Of a stretch of DNA of 64,000 nucleotides, positions 50,135 through 59,674 are shown one piece after another; within the stretch, counting starts at the first letter, position 1; the number at the start of each line of letters is the position of its first letter. Position numbers and translations under genes: made by a program. A model generated the notes under the pieces. It worked only from the letters and a program-made list of their open reading frames with translations, was not told where the DNA came from and ran no database searches. The DNA is taken from positions 104,053 to 168,052 of the forward strand of contig CAUSBR010000001.1 in the NCBI GenBank assembly GCA_963530345.1, given 5' to 3'. This stretch comes from an uncultured Candidatus Saccharibacteria bacterium (GTDB taxonomy: Bacteria > Patescibacteriota > Saccharimonadia > Saccharimonadales > Saccharimonadaceae).

Positions 50135-50995
50135 TTGGAAAATTATGACGCTCCCGGCGGTTCGGTGATGACGTCTTCCGAAGTGTCCCATTCAAAGGAA
50201 TTGGAGCAGTATGTCTCACATAAGCATCTTGTAACATTATTTTATGACAAAGAACGAGCAGATTCTCTTGCTGCTTTTTCAGTTGATCTACTGGCCAAAT
50301 ACCCCGACTATCCATACCACCAGGCAGCTCATGGTGTGGATGTGATGCGTTCACTCCGGTTGCTATTGACAGATATTATTCCAGCTGACAGTTTAAGTTT
50401 ATATCAAAAGGACTTGCTGTTGCAGGCAGCTGCAGCACACGATGCTGGGCTTGCGGTTGGTCCACCTCCATATGGATATCCCACTAAAGAACATTATGCT
50501 GTCTCATTCCTTGGCGAGCAATATGAACCTAATTCAGCTGAGTATGAGTTCATGGAAAGGGCAATTCTCGGGACGATCATTGGTCCAAAAGAGAGGGTTT
50601 GTCGTGATAGTATTGAGGCTAAATTGTTGCATCATGCTGATCTTGGCTATATCTGGGGAGCGAACAATCAGGACTTTTTGAATTACGCTACGAGATTTAG
50701 GGTCGAAGGATGTAGTAATATGTCATGGCAGGAGTTTCAGGAATTAGAGTCTCTGTTCTTGTCTAATTATCAGGATTATCTGGAAAATGACATGAGGGCA
50801 TGTGGTGTTGCGGAGGAAGTGATTAAGTGGATGTTGAGTCGAGTTGAAGACAATAAAAAGTTCATTACTAGCGGGGAGTTGGGCGAACCTAGCCAAGAAG
50901 TGTTTAATAATTGGCCAACTGCTTGTGCTGATCGGTTGTCAATTCCTGGGAATGTTGGCAAAATTGCCCCTGTTGGTAATAGTGTATCTTTCTGA
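50135..50995 (+). CDS. HD-superfamily phosphohydrolase resembling class I cyclic-nucleotide phosphodiesterase
   Basis: PYHQAAHGVDV, AAAAHDAG, LLHHADLG; start codon uncertain. Confidence 0.7.
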   Translation: MENYDAPGGSVMTSSEVSHSKELEQYVSHKHLVTLFYDKERADSLAAFSVDLLAKYPDYPYHQAAHGVDVMRSLRLLLTDIIPADSLSLYQKDLLLQAAAAHDAGLAVGPPPYGYPTKEHYAVSFLGEQYEPNSAEYEFMERAILGTIIGPKERVCRDSIEAKLLHHADLGYIWGANNQDFLNYATRFRVEGCSNMSWQEFQELESLFLSNYQDYLENDMRACGVAEEVIKWMLSRVEDNKKFITSGELGEPSQEVFNNWPTACADRLSIPGNVGKIAPVGNSVSF

Positions 50996-51011
50996 ATGGT
51001 ATAATTAGTTC

Positions 51012-52022
51012 ATGGCAATTGAGAGAATAGTCGATACTAGCTCGCACAGTGATGATACCGAGGAGCAGCGAATTGAAGTCAGTCTGCGTCCGCAGAGTTT
51101 TGGCGAATACATTGGGCAGGAGCGATTGAAGAAGAATTTGAAATTGGCGATTGCCGCTGCCAAACAGCGTAGCGAGCCGCTTGATCATGTGCTGCTGTAC
51201 GGCCCGCCGGGGCTTGGCAAGACGACCATGGCGACGGTGATCGCTAACGAGATGGGCACGAATTTGCGCATTACCAGCGGCCCGGCCATTGAAAAGGCGG
51301 GTGATTTGGCGTCAATTTTGACCAATTTGGCAGACGGCGATATTTTGTTCATTGATGAAATTCATCGGCTAGGCCGGGCGGTGGAAGAGATTTTATATTC
51401 GGCGATGGAAGATTTCAAGCTGGACATTGTCATCGGCAAGGGTCCGGCGGCTCGGTCGATCCGGCTGGATCTGCCGCGGTTTACGGTGATTGGCGCGACG
51501 ACGCGGACGGGCAGTCTGGCAGCACCGCTGCGCGATCGATTCGGGCATATTTACCGCTTGGAATTTTACGAGCCAGAGGATATCGCGAAAATTGTAACGC
51601 GGAGTGCAGCCATTTTGGAGTCGTCGATTCGGCGCGAAGCGGCGGATTTACTATCGACGCGGGCTCGCCTGACGCCGCGCATCGCCAACCGCCTGCTCAA
51701 GCGCGTGCGCGACTATGCCGACGTCAATGGTGATGGCATAATTGATGTAAAAACAACAACAAGCGCCTTGGAAATGCTAGAAATAGATGAGCTGGGGTTA
51801 GACCCAGCCGACCGTAATTTGCTGCAATCAATCCTGGAAAATTATGGCGATAATCCGGTGGGACTGACGACCATTGCCGCCCTGACTGGCGATGAAGCGA
51901 CGACAATTGAGGATTTTTATGAGCCGTATTTACTGCAAATTGGCTTCATTGAGCGCACGCCGCGCGGCCGCCGGGTGACGATTAAGGCGAAGCGGCATCT
52001 CGGCAATGCAGGGAATTTATAG
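51012..52022 (+). CDS. ruvB: Holliday junction DNA helicase RuvB
   Basis: [37 protein letters not shown]. Confidence 0.98.
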   Translation: MAIERIVDTSSHSDDTEEQRIEVSLRPQSFGEYIGQERLKKNLKLAIAAAKQRSEPLDHVLLYGPPGLGKTTMATVIANEMGTNLRITSGPAIEKAGDLASILTNLADGDILFIDEIHRLGRAVEEILYSAMEDFKLDIVIGKGPAARSIRLDLPRFTVIGATTRTGSLAAPLRDRFGHIYRLEFYEPEDIAKIVTRSAAILESSIRREAADLLSTRARLTPRIANRLLKRVRDYADVNGDGIIDVKTTTSALEMLEIDELGLDPADRNLLQSILENYGDNPVGLTTIAALTGDEATTIEDFYEPYLLQIGFIERTPRGRRVTIKAKRHLGNAGNL

Positions 52023-52054
52023 TATACTACAAGTAGTATAAACGAGGAGGTATC

Positions 52055-52828
52055 ATGGACGATGACGATAGCCGCAGACCAGTCGCTTACGACGCTGAAG
52101 GAAGTCCGTTGTACACAGCTTCGCAGCAGCAAGAGCAGGCTACTGGTACAGAATCGGCTGTGCAAACCAACCCAGTATCAGTCACCGACTCTGGCAAGCA
52201 GGTTGTGCATGTAGCGCGCTCAACCGAGCCGATTCCGGTTCATATTTCCGAAGAGACCCGCCGCAAGCACGAGGAATCATGTCGCCTCTACCCGTGGCTT
52301 AATCTCAGCGAGCATGAATATGTCATTCAAATGATTCCGCGACACAGCATTGGTATTTGGGGGCCGACATTTGCGATGATTCTTGCAATTATTTTGGTGT
52401 CAGTTTTCATGTTTTGCTACCCTGATATTGCTAAGCCGATTGGCTTGGCACAATCAATGTATCCGCAGGTTATTTTGATTTGCTTGATGGTGATTATTTT
52501 ATTCGGTATCGGTTTGTATATAGCGATTTGGGTATATATGCAAAATCGCTTTTTCTTGACCAACGAAAGTGTTATTCAAGAAATTCAAATAAGCTTGTTT
52601 TCAAAACGCGAACAAACAGTTAGCCTGATGAATATCGAGGACTCTAGCTACTCGCAAAAAGGTATTCTACAAACTTTATTTAATTACGGCTCGATTCGGT
52701 TAAGTACCGAGGGCGACGAAACAACCTATCGCTTTAGCTATGTTGCTGATCCAAAAAACCAAGTAGCGGTTCTTAATAATGCCGTTGAGGCATTCAAGAA
52801 TGGCCGCCCAGTCACGAATGATGACTAG
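52055..52828 (+). CDS. Membrane protein with a bacterial PH domain
   Basis: Two TM segments, then FFLTNESVI...SLMNIED...FNYGSIRLSTEG. Confidence 0.7.
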   Translation: MDDDDSRRPVAYDAEGSPLYTASQQQEQATGTESAVQTNPVSVTDSGKQVVHVARSTEPIPVHISEETRRKHEESCRLYPWLNLSEHEYVIQMIPRHSIGIWGPTFAMILAIILVSVFMFCYPDIAKPIGLAQSMYPQVILICLMVIILFGIGLYIAIWVYMQNRFFLTNESVIQEIQISLFSKREQTVSLMNIEDSSYSQKGILQTLFNYGSIRLSTEGDETTYRFSYVADPKNQVAVLNNAVEAFKNGRPVTNDD

Positions 52829-52832
52829 CTGA

Positions 52833-53231
52833 TTATTTCTTGTGATCGCGATTAGTCTTGGTGTAAGTATCTTCACGTTCCATTGAACTACGTAGCGTGT
52901 AGCCAGTGCATCGATTTTCGTTATTGCAACCTGTTGATTCGTAGACGTAGTTGCTGCCGCTGCTGCCAAGTTTTTTGCCTTTCGGATCAGTGAAAAGAGC
53001 AGGGTCGACGGTGCGCAACGTTTTGCTGTCAATCGAAGCCGGATAATAGCCGTTTTTAGCGTAGAGATACTCTTCCAATCCGTAATACATCGCGTTGATG
53101 GCAACCTTACGCTGATTATCGCGAGCAGTGGCATCGATAGTTGCTTTTTCATTAAAAAATAGCCAGCTGCCAACTCCAAGTAAAACTATCACCAGTAAAA
53201 GTTCAATAACTGTGAAGCCGTTTTGTCTCAT
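52833..53231 (-). CDS. Type IV pilin-like protein
   Basis: MRQNG/FTVIELLLV prepilin motif, ARDNQRK, C-terminal Cys pair. Confidence 0.88.
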   Translation of the reverse strand: MRQNGFTVIELLLVIVLLGVGSWLFFNEKATIDATARDNQRKVAINAMYYGLEEYLYAKNGYYPASIDSKTLRTVDPALFTDPKGKKLGSSGSNYVYESTGCNNENRCTGYTLRSSMEREDTYTKTNRDHKK

Positions 53232-53298
53232 ATTTACCATTATACCAAAAACTGCGTCGCTCATGTATAATTAAAGATATCAGCAAGAAAGGGGAGAT

Positions 53299-54336
53299 AT
53301 GGCGAAGAAAAGCGAACCAAAAACATCTGCAGATAAGCCAGCGGCTGACGACGGCAAGTTAAAGGCGTTGGGTTTGGCGATGGAGCAGATTACCAAGCAG
53401 TTTGGCGACGGCTCAATCATGAAGCTAGGAGAAGCTAAAAAAGTTGATGTCGAGCTATTGCCAAGTGGTAGTCTGAGCTTAGATTTGGCGCTGGGCGGCG
53501 GTTATCCAAAAGGTCGAATTATCGAGATTTATGGTCCAGAGTCGAGCGGTAAGACAACCTTGACACTGCATGCTATCGCCGAAATGCAAAAACAAGGCGG
53601 GACGGCAGCCTTTATTGATGCTGAGCATGCACTTGATCCGGCATATGCTAAACGGCTTGGCGTTGACACTGATAATTTGCTAGTATCGCAGCCCGACAAC
53701 GGCGAGCAAGCGCTGGAAATTGTCGAAACACTTGTGCGCTCAAATGCCGTTGACCTAATAGTAGTTGATTCGGTAGCAGCGTTGGTGCCGCAAGCTGAAA
53801 TCGACGGTGACATGGGTGATTCACACATGGGTTTGCAAGCACGATTAATGAGCCAAGCACTACGCAAATTAACCGGTATTATTAACAAATCAAAGGCTAC
53901 AGTAATCTTTATTAATCAAATCCGCATGAAAATCGGTGTGATGTTCGGTAACCCCGAGACGACTACTGGCGGTAATGCGCTTAAGTTTTACGCATCGGTG
54001 CGAGCAGACATTCGTCGAATTGGGCAAATCAAGGACGGTGATGAAATTCGCGGCAATCGCACGCGCGTCAAAATCGTCAAGAATAAGATTGCGCCGCCAT
54101 TCCGCACGGCTGAGTTCGATATCATGTATAACGAAGGTATCAGCAAAACGGGTGATGTTGTCGATCTGGGCGTTCAGTACGGAATCTTGAGCAAATCTGG
54201 AGCATTTTATAAGTATAATGATGCCACAATCGGCCAAGGTCGTGAAGCTACTAAAAAATACTTAAAAGAAAATCCAGAAGTCCTGGCTGAGATTGATGCT
54301 AAAGTTCGCGAAAAGGTAAAAGAAGCGGAGATGTAG
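53299..54336 (+). CDS. recA: Recombinase RecA
   Basis: [38 protein letters not shown]. Confidence 0.99.
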   Translation: MAKKSEPKTSADKPAADDGKLKALGLAMEQITKQFGDGSIMKLGEAKKVDVELLPSGSLSLDLALGGGYPKGRIIEIYGPESSGKTTLTLHAIAEMQKQGGTAAFIDAEHALDPAYAKRLGVDTDNLLVSQPDNGEQALEIVETLVRSNAVDLIVVDSVAALVPQAEIDGDMGDSHMGLQARLMSQALRKLTGIINKSKATVIFINQIRMKIGVMFGNPETTTGGNALKFYASVRADIRRIGQIKDGDEIRGNRTRVKIVKNKIAPPFRTAEFDIMYNEGISKTGDVVDLGVQYGILSKSGAFYKYNDATIGQGREATKKYLKENPEVLAEIDAKVREKVKEAEM

Positions 54337-54338
54337 AA

Positions 54339-54692
54339 ATGGTAGATAGTGAAATGCGAGCACTGCTCGACTCGTATCATCGTGCGGTAATGATTGCTGA
54401 TGCACTGTTTCAAAATGGCATACTTAGGCAGAAAATCTCACTAAATTTCCTAAATGAGGATGAAAAAACTACTGAAACATATAACGCAATTGGCTGTCTC
54501 ATAGCGGAAGTAGATAGGAGCGTCGATTTAGATAGTATCGAGGGGGGCGTTCGGTCTGTTATCTGTGATTTCTATTTTAATGACTTGAAGCAGCGTGGTT
54601 CGGAATGGGTCGGTGCTAAGTTTGAGCAAGAGTTTCGTGCACAACGTGAGCTGGCAGAACAACAACTTAAAGCACTACATGAAGATTACTGA
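54339..54692 (+). CDS. Hypothetical protein between recA and recX
   Basis: 117-aa ORF starting 2 nt after the recA stop and overlapping the recX start. Confidence 0.55.
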   Translation: MVDSEMRALLDSYHRAVMIADALFQNGILRQKISLNFLNEDEKTTETYNAIGCLIAEVDRSVDLDSIEGGVRSVICDFYFNDLKQRGSEWVGAKFEQEFRAQRELAEQQLKALHEDY

Positions 54693-55332
54693 TATCTCTC
54701 TCCAATCTCGCGATAAAAACCGTGCCAATGTGTATATTGATGGCAAATATAATCTTAGCCTGGATATTTCGCAGGTTGTTGATCTTGGAATTAAGGCTGG
54801 CCAGGTTTTATCGAAAGAGGAGTTAGCTAGCCTCAAGCAGGAAAGCGAATTCGGCAAGTTATACGCCCGTACTCTTGAATATGTATTGATGCGGCCGCGT
54901 AGTAGCAGTGAAGTGCGTGATTATCTTTATCGTAAAACATTGGCTCGTAAATATAAAAATAGAAAAACTGGTAAGTTAGCGGAAAAGCCAGGTGTCGCTA
55001 AAACCGTGGCAGAGCGTGTTTTTGCGACGTTGCAAGCGCGCGGTTATATTGACGATCAGAAATTTGCTAACTGGTGGGTTGAAAATCGACATCAGGTTAA
55101 AGGCGTATCTATGCGAAAACTGCGTAGCGAATTGGCGGCAAAAGGTATAGCGCAGACAATCATTGATTCGGTAATCACGGATTCGTCGCGTAACGATCTC
55201 GGCGAGCTGGCTAAAGTTATTGCTAAAAAACGCCGGCGTTACTCTGATGAGCAAAAGTTCATGCAATATCTAGCGCGCCAGGGATTTAGCTTTGATGATA
55301 TCAAAACTGCTTTGCGCCTAGAAGATTGCTAA
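54679..55332 (+). CDS. recX: Regulatory protein RecX
   Basis: MKITDI..Q..DKNRANVYIDG, RPRSSSEV, GYIDDQKFA, YLARQGF. Confidence 0.88.
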   Translation: MKITDISLQSRDKNRANVYIDGKYNLSLDISQVVDLGIKAGQVLSKEELASLKQESEFGKLYARTLEYVLMRPRSSSEVRDYLYRKTLARKYKNRKTGKLAEKPGVAKTVAERVFATLQARGYIDDQKFANWWVENRHQVKGVSMRKLRSELAAKGIAQTIIDSVITDSSRNDLGELAKVIAKKRRRYSDEQKFMQYLARQGFSFDDIKTALRLEDC

Positions 55333-55907
55333 TCAGTATCTGAATTCTGTCGAGCCTGCTTTGGTTTGCGGAACGGATTGATATAGCTACCGACTACTTC
55401 ATGGAGTTCTGGCTCGGGGGCTTTAGCTTGGGAATGAACGACAATTGAATCGTTATTGATCTCGATAATCTGGCTGCGATGTACCAAAATCTCAGTATCA
55501 TTGAAACTACGCAGTAGCGGCCGCTTGACCGACAGCTGCATAATGAGAAACTGCGTGGTATCTATTGTGAAGTCGATGACTTTACCAAGTTTATGGCGTT
55601 TTTCATCAAGTACTAGTTTGCCGATGATATCAAACTTTAGCTGGTAGACGTCGTTGACGCGCACAACGTCGGTCGGAGCTATGAATTGGTCGATGTCGTC
55701 GACAATGAAGCCCATATTGCTCAGTTCGCGGACATCGCTAAGCAACATCAGTGCGGGGTGTTGCTGAACTAGCGGTCCTGACACTTCGAAGGCGATAATT
55801 TGCAGATTGGCGGGATTAATGATTGCGCGGGTTGTGCGCGCTACCTTGCCGCCAGTTTGGATGCTGAATATTTCTGCATTGAGTACCGCTGAACCGAGCA
55901 AAATCAT
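55329..55907 (-). CDS. Tandem PRC-barrel domain protein
   Basis: IFSIQTGGKV and LVLDEKRHKLGKVIDF patterns. Confidence 0.65.
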   Translation of the reverse strand: MILLGSAVLNAEIFSIQTGGKVARTTRAIINPANLQIIAFEVSGPLVQQHPALMLLSDVRELSNMGFIVDDIDQFIAPTDVVRVNDVYQLKFDIIGKLVLDEKRHKLGKVIDFTIDTTQFLIMQLSVKRPLLRSFNDTEILVHRSQIIEINNDSIVVHSQAKAPEPELHEVVGSYINPFRKPKQARQNSDTD

Positions 55908-55910
55908 AGA

Positions 55911-56186
55911 CTAAAACGGGTTTGTCCTATCGTTGGCTGGCGGCGGCGTGCTCGGTGCGTTGCCAGCTGATTTTAGCTTGCGGATGCGTTTGATGGTAGT
56001 ATCATCAAAACTAGCGGAGGTGCTAGCTTGCGGTTCTTCTGCTGGCGTAGTGAGTGTTTGGTAGAGCAGGATGGTAGCAATTGACAATCCGCCGGCAGCT
56101 AACATGAAAAACAATAAAAAGTGATACCGGCCAAAGAATTTAGCTGTCTTTGCGCCAAGAATGCGAAATGCGTCTGAGACTTCCAT
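55911..56186 (-). CDS. Small membrane protein of the pil operon (PilP position)
   Basis: Single TM, C-terminal RTNPF, coupled to pilO. Confidence 0.6.
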   Translation of the reverse strand: MEVSDAFRILGAKTAKFFGRYHFLLFFMLAAGGLSIATILLYQTLTTPAEEPQASTSASFDDTTIKRIRKLKSAGNAPSTPPPANDRTNPF

Positions 56187-56794
56187 TATTTTGTATATAC
56201 CTCCAGAGTTAGTGCGCTAACTGTGATGCCGTTGTTGTCATCTTTGGCTAAGGCTAGGTTAGAAATTTGCATCCGGAAAAGCCCTTGTTCTAAAGAGCGC
56301 AAGAAAATGTATGCTTGCTCGTAAGATACCGGATTACTTAAGTTAACGGTAGCGGTAACCGATTTGAAGCCGTCTGGCGCTGGTTTTTTAGTGTTTTTAG
56401 CAGTGCTAGACGACGATGAGCTTGATGAGCTGCTGGATTTACTTTCATTTGCTGAAAAATCGATTGAAGCGATTTTAATACCAGCGCTATTTGCGTGATT
56501 TTCGATGTCGCTGACAATTTGATCTTGATAATGATATTTCTTGCTGGTCGAAACGATTTGTTCGGCGCGCTTTACGTCGCTTTTGCTGTTGTCTAGTTTC
56601 GATTTGAGGCTTGAAAGGGCTTGTAATTCGTTGCTAGAGGCCTGCGCTTCGGTATTGAGTTTGCGGGTTTCCTCTGCATATTTAACAATCTCTTGGTGTC
56701 CGAAGACGAAACTGCCTGCGCCCGCTGCCGCAATAACTAGTAGGCTCACGATAAGCAAAATGCGGAATGTAGTTGGTTTTAGAACGAATTTCAT
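56186..56794 (-). CDS. pilO: PilO-like protein
   Basis: TM, coiled coil and ferredoxin-like region (FLRSLEQ); operon order. Confidence 0.65.
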   Translation of the reverse strand: MKFVLKPTTFRILLIVSLLVIAAAGAGSFVFGHQEIVKYAEETRKLNTEAQASSNELQALSSLKSKLDNSKSDVKRAEQIVSTSKKYHYQDQIVSDIENHANSAGIKIASIDFSANESKSSSSSSSSSSSTAKNTKKPAPDGFKSVTATVNLSNPVSYEQAYIFLRSLEQGLFRMQISNLALAKDDNNGITVSALTLEVYTK

Positions 56795-57357
56795 GGCAGT
56801 ACCTTCTTTGAATAGATTACAGTGTAATTTGCCTGAAATGTATTGTCGCCAATTTCGTGCGTAGCGTTTGATAGGCTAACACTGTCAAAAACTTTAACTT
56901 TATTGATAGACGTCTCTTGCAAGCTATTTTTGACTTCAATGGCTTGCGCGTACGAACTGACGTGGGTTTGAATTTGCACAGAAGCAGTTCCAAAAGTCGT
57001 CGGGTCGATTGATATGCCAGTGAGCGAGGCGCCGTTTGGCAACCTCTTGGCAATCGCATTTAGAATATCAGTATATGGCGCTTGAGTGTCAAGAATGTAT
57101 TTTGCTACCCGCAGGTTAGAACGATACTTTTCGGCATCGCTCTTGACCGAGCTGAAGGCTGAAGATTTACTTTGATTGTCATTTATGGTTTCTCTACTGG
57201 CAGACTGGTTGAATACTAGCATAAAATACGAGCTGATTAGTTCAACTACGATAATCACAACAACTATCAGCGACATGACAACATAACGCATCAAAATTGA
57301 GTTAGCCCGGGCGGCCTTAATTTGCTTGCGTTCTTCGGGTGAAAGTAGGTTGATCAT
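56791..57357 (-). CDS. pilN: PilN-like protein
   Basis: N-terminal INLL motif, TM, directly after pilM. Confidence 0.8.
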   Translation of the reverse strand: MINLLSPEERKQIKAARANSILMRYVVMSLIVVVIIVVELISSYFMLVFNQSASRETINDNQSKSSAFSSVKSDAEKYRSNLRVAKYILDTQAPYTDILNAIAKRLPNGASLTGISIDPTTFGTASVQIQTHVSSYAQAIEVKNSLQETSINKVKVFDSVSLSNATHEIGDNTFQANYTVIYSKKVLP

Positions 57358-58412
57358 TTTTTTACCTCCGATGGCCGTACGCTAGCCAGACCAGCGACGG
57401 TGATATAACGCGGACGAAACTGGCGGTGCGGTTTCTCAAGCGACCCGAAATCAAGATCTTGCCACGGGCTAGCGACGCGGGCCGGTAAAATGAAAGCGTT
57501 AGTAAAGTATTCGCCGATACCTGGCATGTTTGCACCGCCGCCAACGATAAGAATTTGCTCGATTTTTTTATCCTCCGAAATACGTTCGCTGTAGTAACGG
57601 ATGACCTTTTTGGCTTCTCCGACGATACGACCGAGGCTTGGTTTGAGGGCGGCTTCAATTTTGTCATGATCATCGCTTTGCCCGAGGCCGTTGAGGACTT
57701 TATACTGGTGAGCTTTTTCTAGCGACACTTGCATTTTACTAGCGATATCTAGAGTGAAGTTATTGCCGCCGACATTAGCCGAACCGGTAATGAGAATCGC
57801 TGAATCTTCCAGGACGGCAATATCGGTACTGGTGGCGCCGACGTCGATAACTAGCGTGGTACGATTGCCTTCCTCGGTTTTGGTCAGGATGCGGGCGACC
57901 GCATTCATGCTCGGTTCAACGGCAACTGGACGCAGATCGACTTCCTTGGCAACTTGCGTAACTGTATCAACCAGCGCGCGCGGTGCGGCCGAGACAACAA
58001 CCATCAGGGTCTCTTTGGTGCGCTTAATAATTTCGTAGTCAGTATATAACGAGTCTGACGGTACTGGTATATAGCGTTCGACTTCTAGCTGAGCAGCGCT
58101 GGCAATATGCTTTTCTTCGCTCGCTGGTAGAGTAAAGGTGCGCGAATAAGTGCGGCTCGTCGGCAAGCCAATTACTACGTGGTTAGAAGGCAGAGAGCCG
58201 ATAATGCGATCTCGAAACATATTGGCTATGTGCTCGCGCAGATACTCGTGGTCGTCGGTGTCGAGCGCTTCCTGTGTCTTAACCGGATCAAGATCGACTG
58301 AGCCGTAGCCGCGAACGTCAGCGTGTTTCTGGTTGATGGCCATGACTTTAACACCAGTATAATTGATGTCGAGCCCGATGATCGGTTTGTCTTTGAAAAA
58401 TAGTTTTACCAT
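57354..58412 (-). CDS. pilM: Type IV pilus assembly protein PilM
   Basis: IGLDI, IDVGATST, VGGGANMPG actin-like motifs. Confidence 0.9.
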   Translation of the reverse strand: MVKLFFKDKPIIGLDINYTGVKVMAINQKHADVRGYGSVDLDPVKTQEALDTDDHEYLREHIANMFRDRIIGSLPSNHVVIGLPTSRTYSRTFTLPASEEKHIASAAQLEVERYIPVPSDSLYTDYEIIKRTKETLMVVVSAAPRALVDTVTQVAKEVDLRPVAVEPSMNAVARILTKTEEGNRTTLVIDVGATSTDIAVLEDSAILITGSANVGGNNFTLDIASKMQVSLEKAHQYKVLNGLGQSDDHDKIEAALKPSLGRIVGEAKKVIRYYSERISEDKKIEQILIVGGGANMPGIGEYFTNAFILPARVASPWQDLDFGSLEKPHRQFRPRYITVAGLASVRPSEVKK

Positions 58413-58447
58413 GGATGCCCTTTTCTATATACAGTATAGCATAAGTT

Positions 58448-59674
58448 TTATTGTTTAATACTCGTTGATAAGCCGGCAATTGGCATCATAACGCTAGCGG
58501 CAATTAGCCCCACCATGCCGCCCATCAGTACGATCATTACCGGTTCAATAATTGAGCCGATGCTGTCGATGGCGACGTCAACTTCTTCTTCGTAAAAGTC
58601 GGCTACTTTGACTAGCACGACGTCGGTTTGGCCAGTTTCTTCGCCGACAGCTAGCATCTGCGAGACGATTGGCGGGAATAATCCAGTTTTTTCGATGATT
58701 GTTGATAAGTTTTTGCCGTTTTCGACTTCCTTGGCAGCTTTCAGCAGAGCTTCCTCGTAAACAACATTGCCGACTGAATGCGAAGTGACTTCAAGCGATT
58801 CTAGAACAGCCGCGCCAGACCCCATGAGCGCCGAAAACGTACGAGCAAAGCGGGCGACAGCTACTTTCTGAATAATGCTACTAATAGCTGGTATCTTGAG
58901 GACAAAACGGTGAAAAGTGTGTTTGCCAGCTGTAGTATTCAGCCAGCGCCGCAAGAAGTAAACGATAGCGATTAGTACTGGTATCAGCAAGTATCCTTTA
59001 GTCGTCAAAAAACCGCTAATTGATAGCATTACTTGAGTCAAAGCTGGTAGTTCGGCATCCTCGCCACCAAACCCTTTAATCATTTCGCCGATTTGCGGGA
59101 TGACAAACACCATTAAAACCAGGAAAGCAACAATTGTGATAACCAGCAAAACTAGCGGGTAAGTCATCGCTCCTTTAATTTTTTTGCGGATGCCAGCGCT
59201 TTTTTCTTGCTGAATAGCTAGGCGCCTAAGGATATCGTCAAGGATACCGCCAGCTTCGCCAGCGCGCACCATATTGACATAAACATCGTTAAAAGTAGCT
59301 GGATGTTTGCCCAGGGCATCGGCTAGCTGCATACCAGATTGAACGTCTTTAATGATGTCGCCAAGGACTGCCTTGAGGGCTGGACTATCAGTGTGATCAT
59401 GTTGCGAAGAAAGTGCTCGCAGCAACGGCACGCCAGCACTAACCATGGCGCTCATCTGGCGGGTGAACATCACGATGTCGTCGGTTTTAACTTTTTTCTT
59501 ACCGCCGCCAAAACTAATACTGGCTAGTCCTTTCTTTTCAAGCGAGTCAATACTGAGCGGTGACAAGCCTTGCTTGGTTAGAGCAGATAAAGCTCCAGGT
59601 CGATCGCTAGCCTCGATGTTGCCTTGGATGACATCGCCAGACTTATTAGTTGCGACATAAGAGAAAGATGCCAT
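58448..59674 (-). CDS. pilC: Type IV pilus platform protein PilC (GspF family)
   Basis: FTRQMSAMVSAGVP, AGEAGG, AMTYP, VGEETG, IIEP. Confidence 0.94.
   Translation of the reverse strand: MASFSYVATNKSGDVIQGNIEASDRPGALSALTKQGLSPLSIDSLEKKGLASISFGGGKKKVKTDDIVMFTRQMSAMVSAGVPLLRALSSQHDHTDSPALKAVLGDIIKDVQSGMQLADALGKHPATFNDVYVNMVRAGEAGGILDDILRRLAIQQEKSAGIRKKIKGAMTYPLVLLVITIVAFLVLMVFVIPQIGEMIKGFGGEDAELPALTQVMLSISGFLTTKGYLLIPVLIAIVYFLRRWLNTTAGKHTFHRFVLKIPAISSIIQKVAVARFARTFSALMGSGAAVLESLEVTSHSVGNVVYEEALLKAAKEVENGKNLSTIIEKTGLFPPIVSQMLAVGEETGQTDVVLVKVADFYEEEVDVAIDSIGSIIEPVMIVLMGGMVGLIAASVMMPIAGLSTSIKQ

Noticed and set aside
56400..56445. Poly-Ser tract in PilO as a phase-variable repeat
   Set aside because: Mixed Ser codons indicate a protein linker, not a slippage tract
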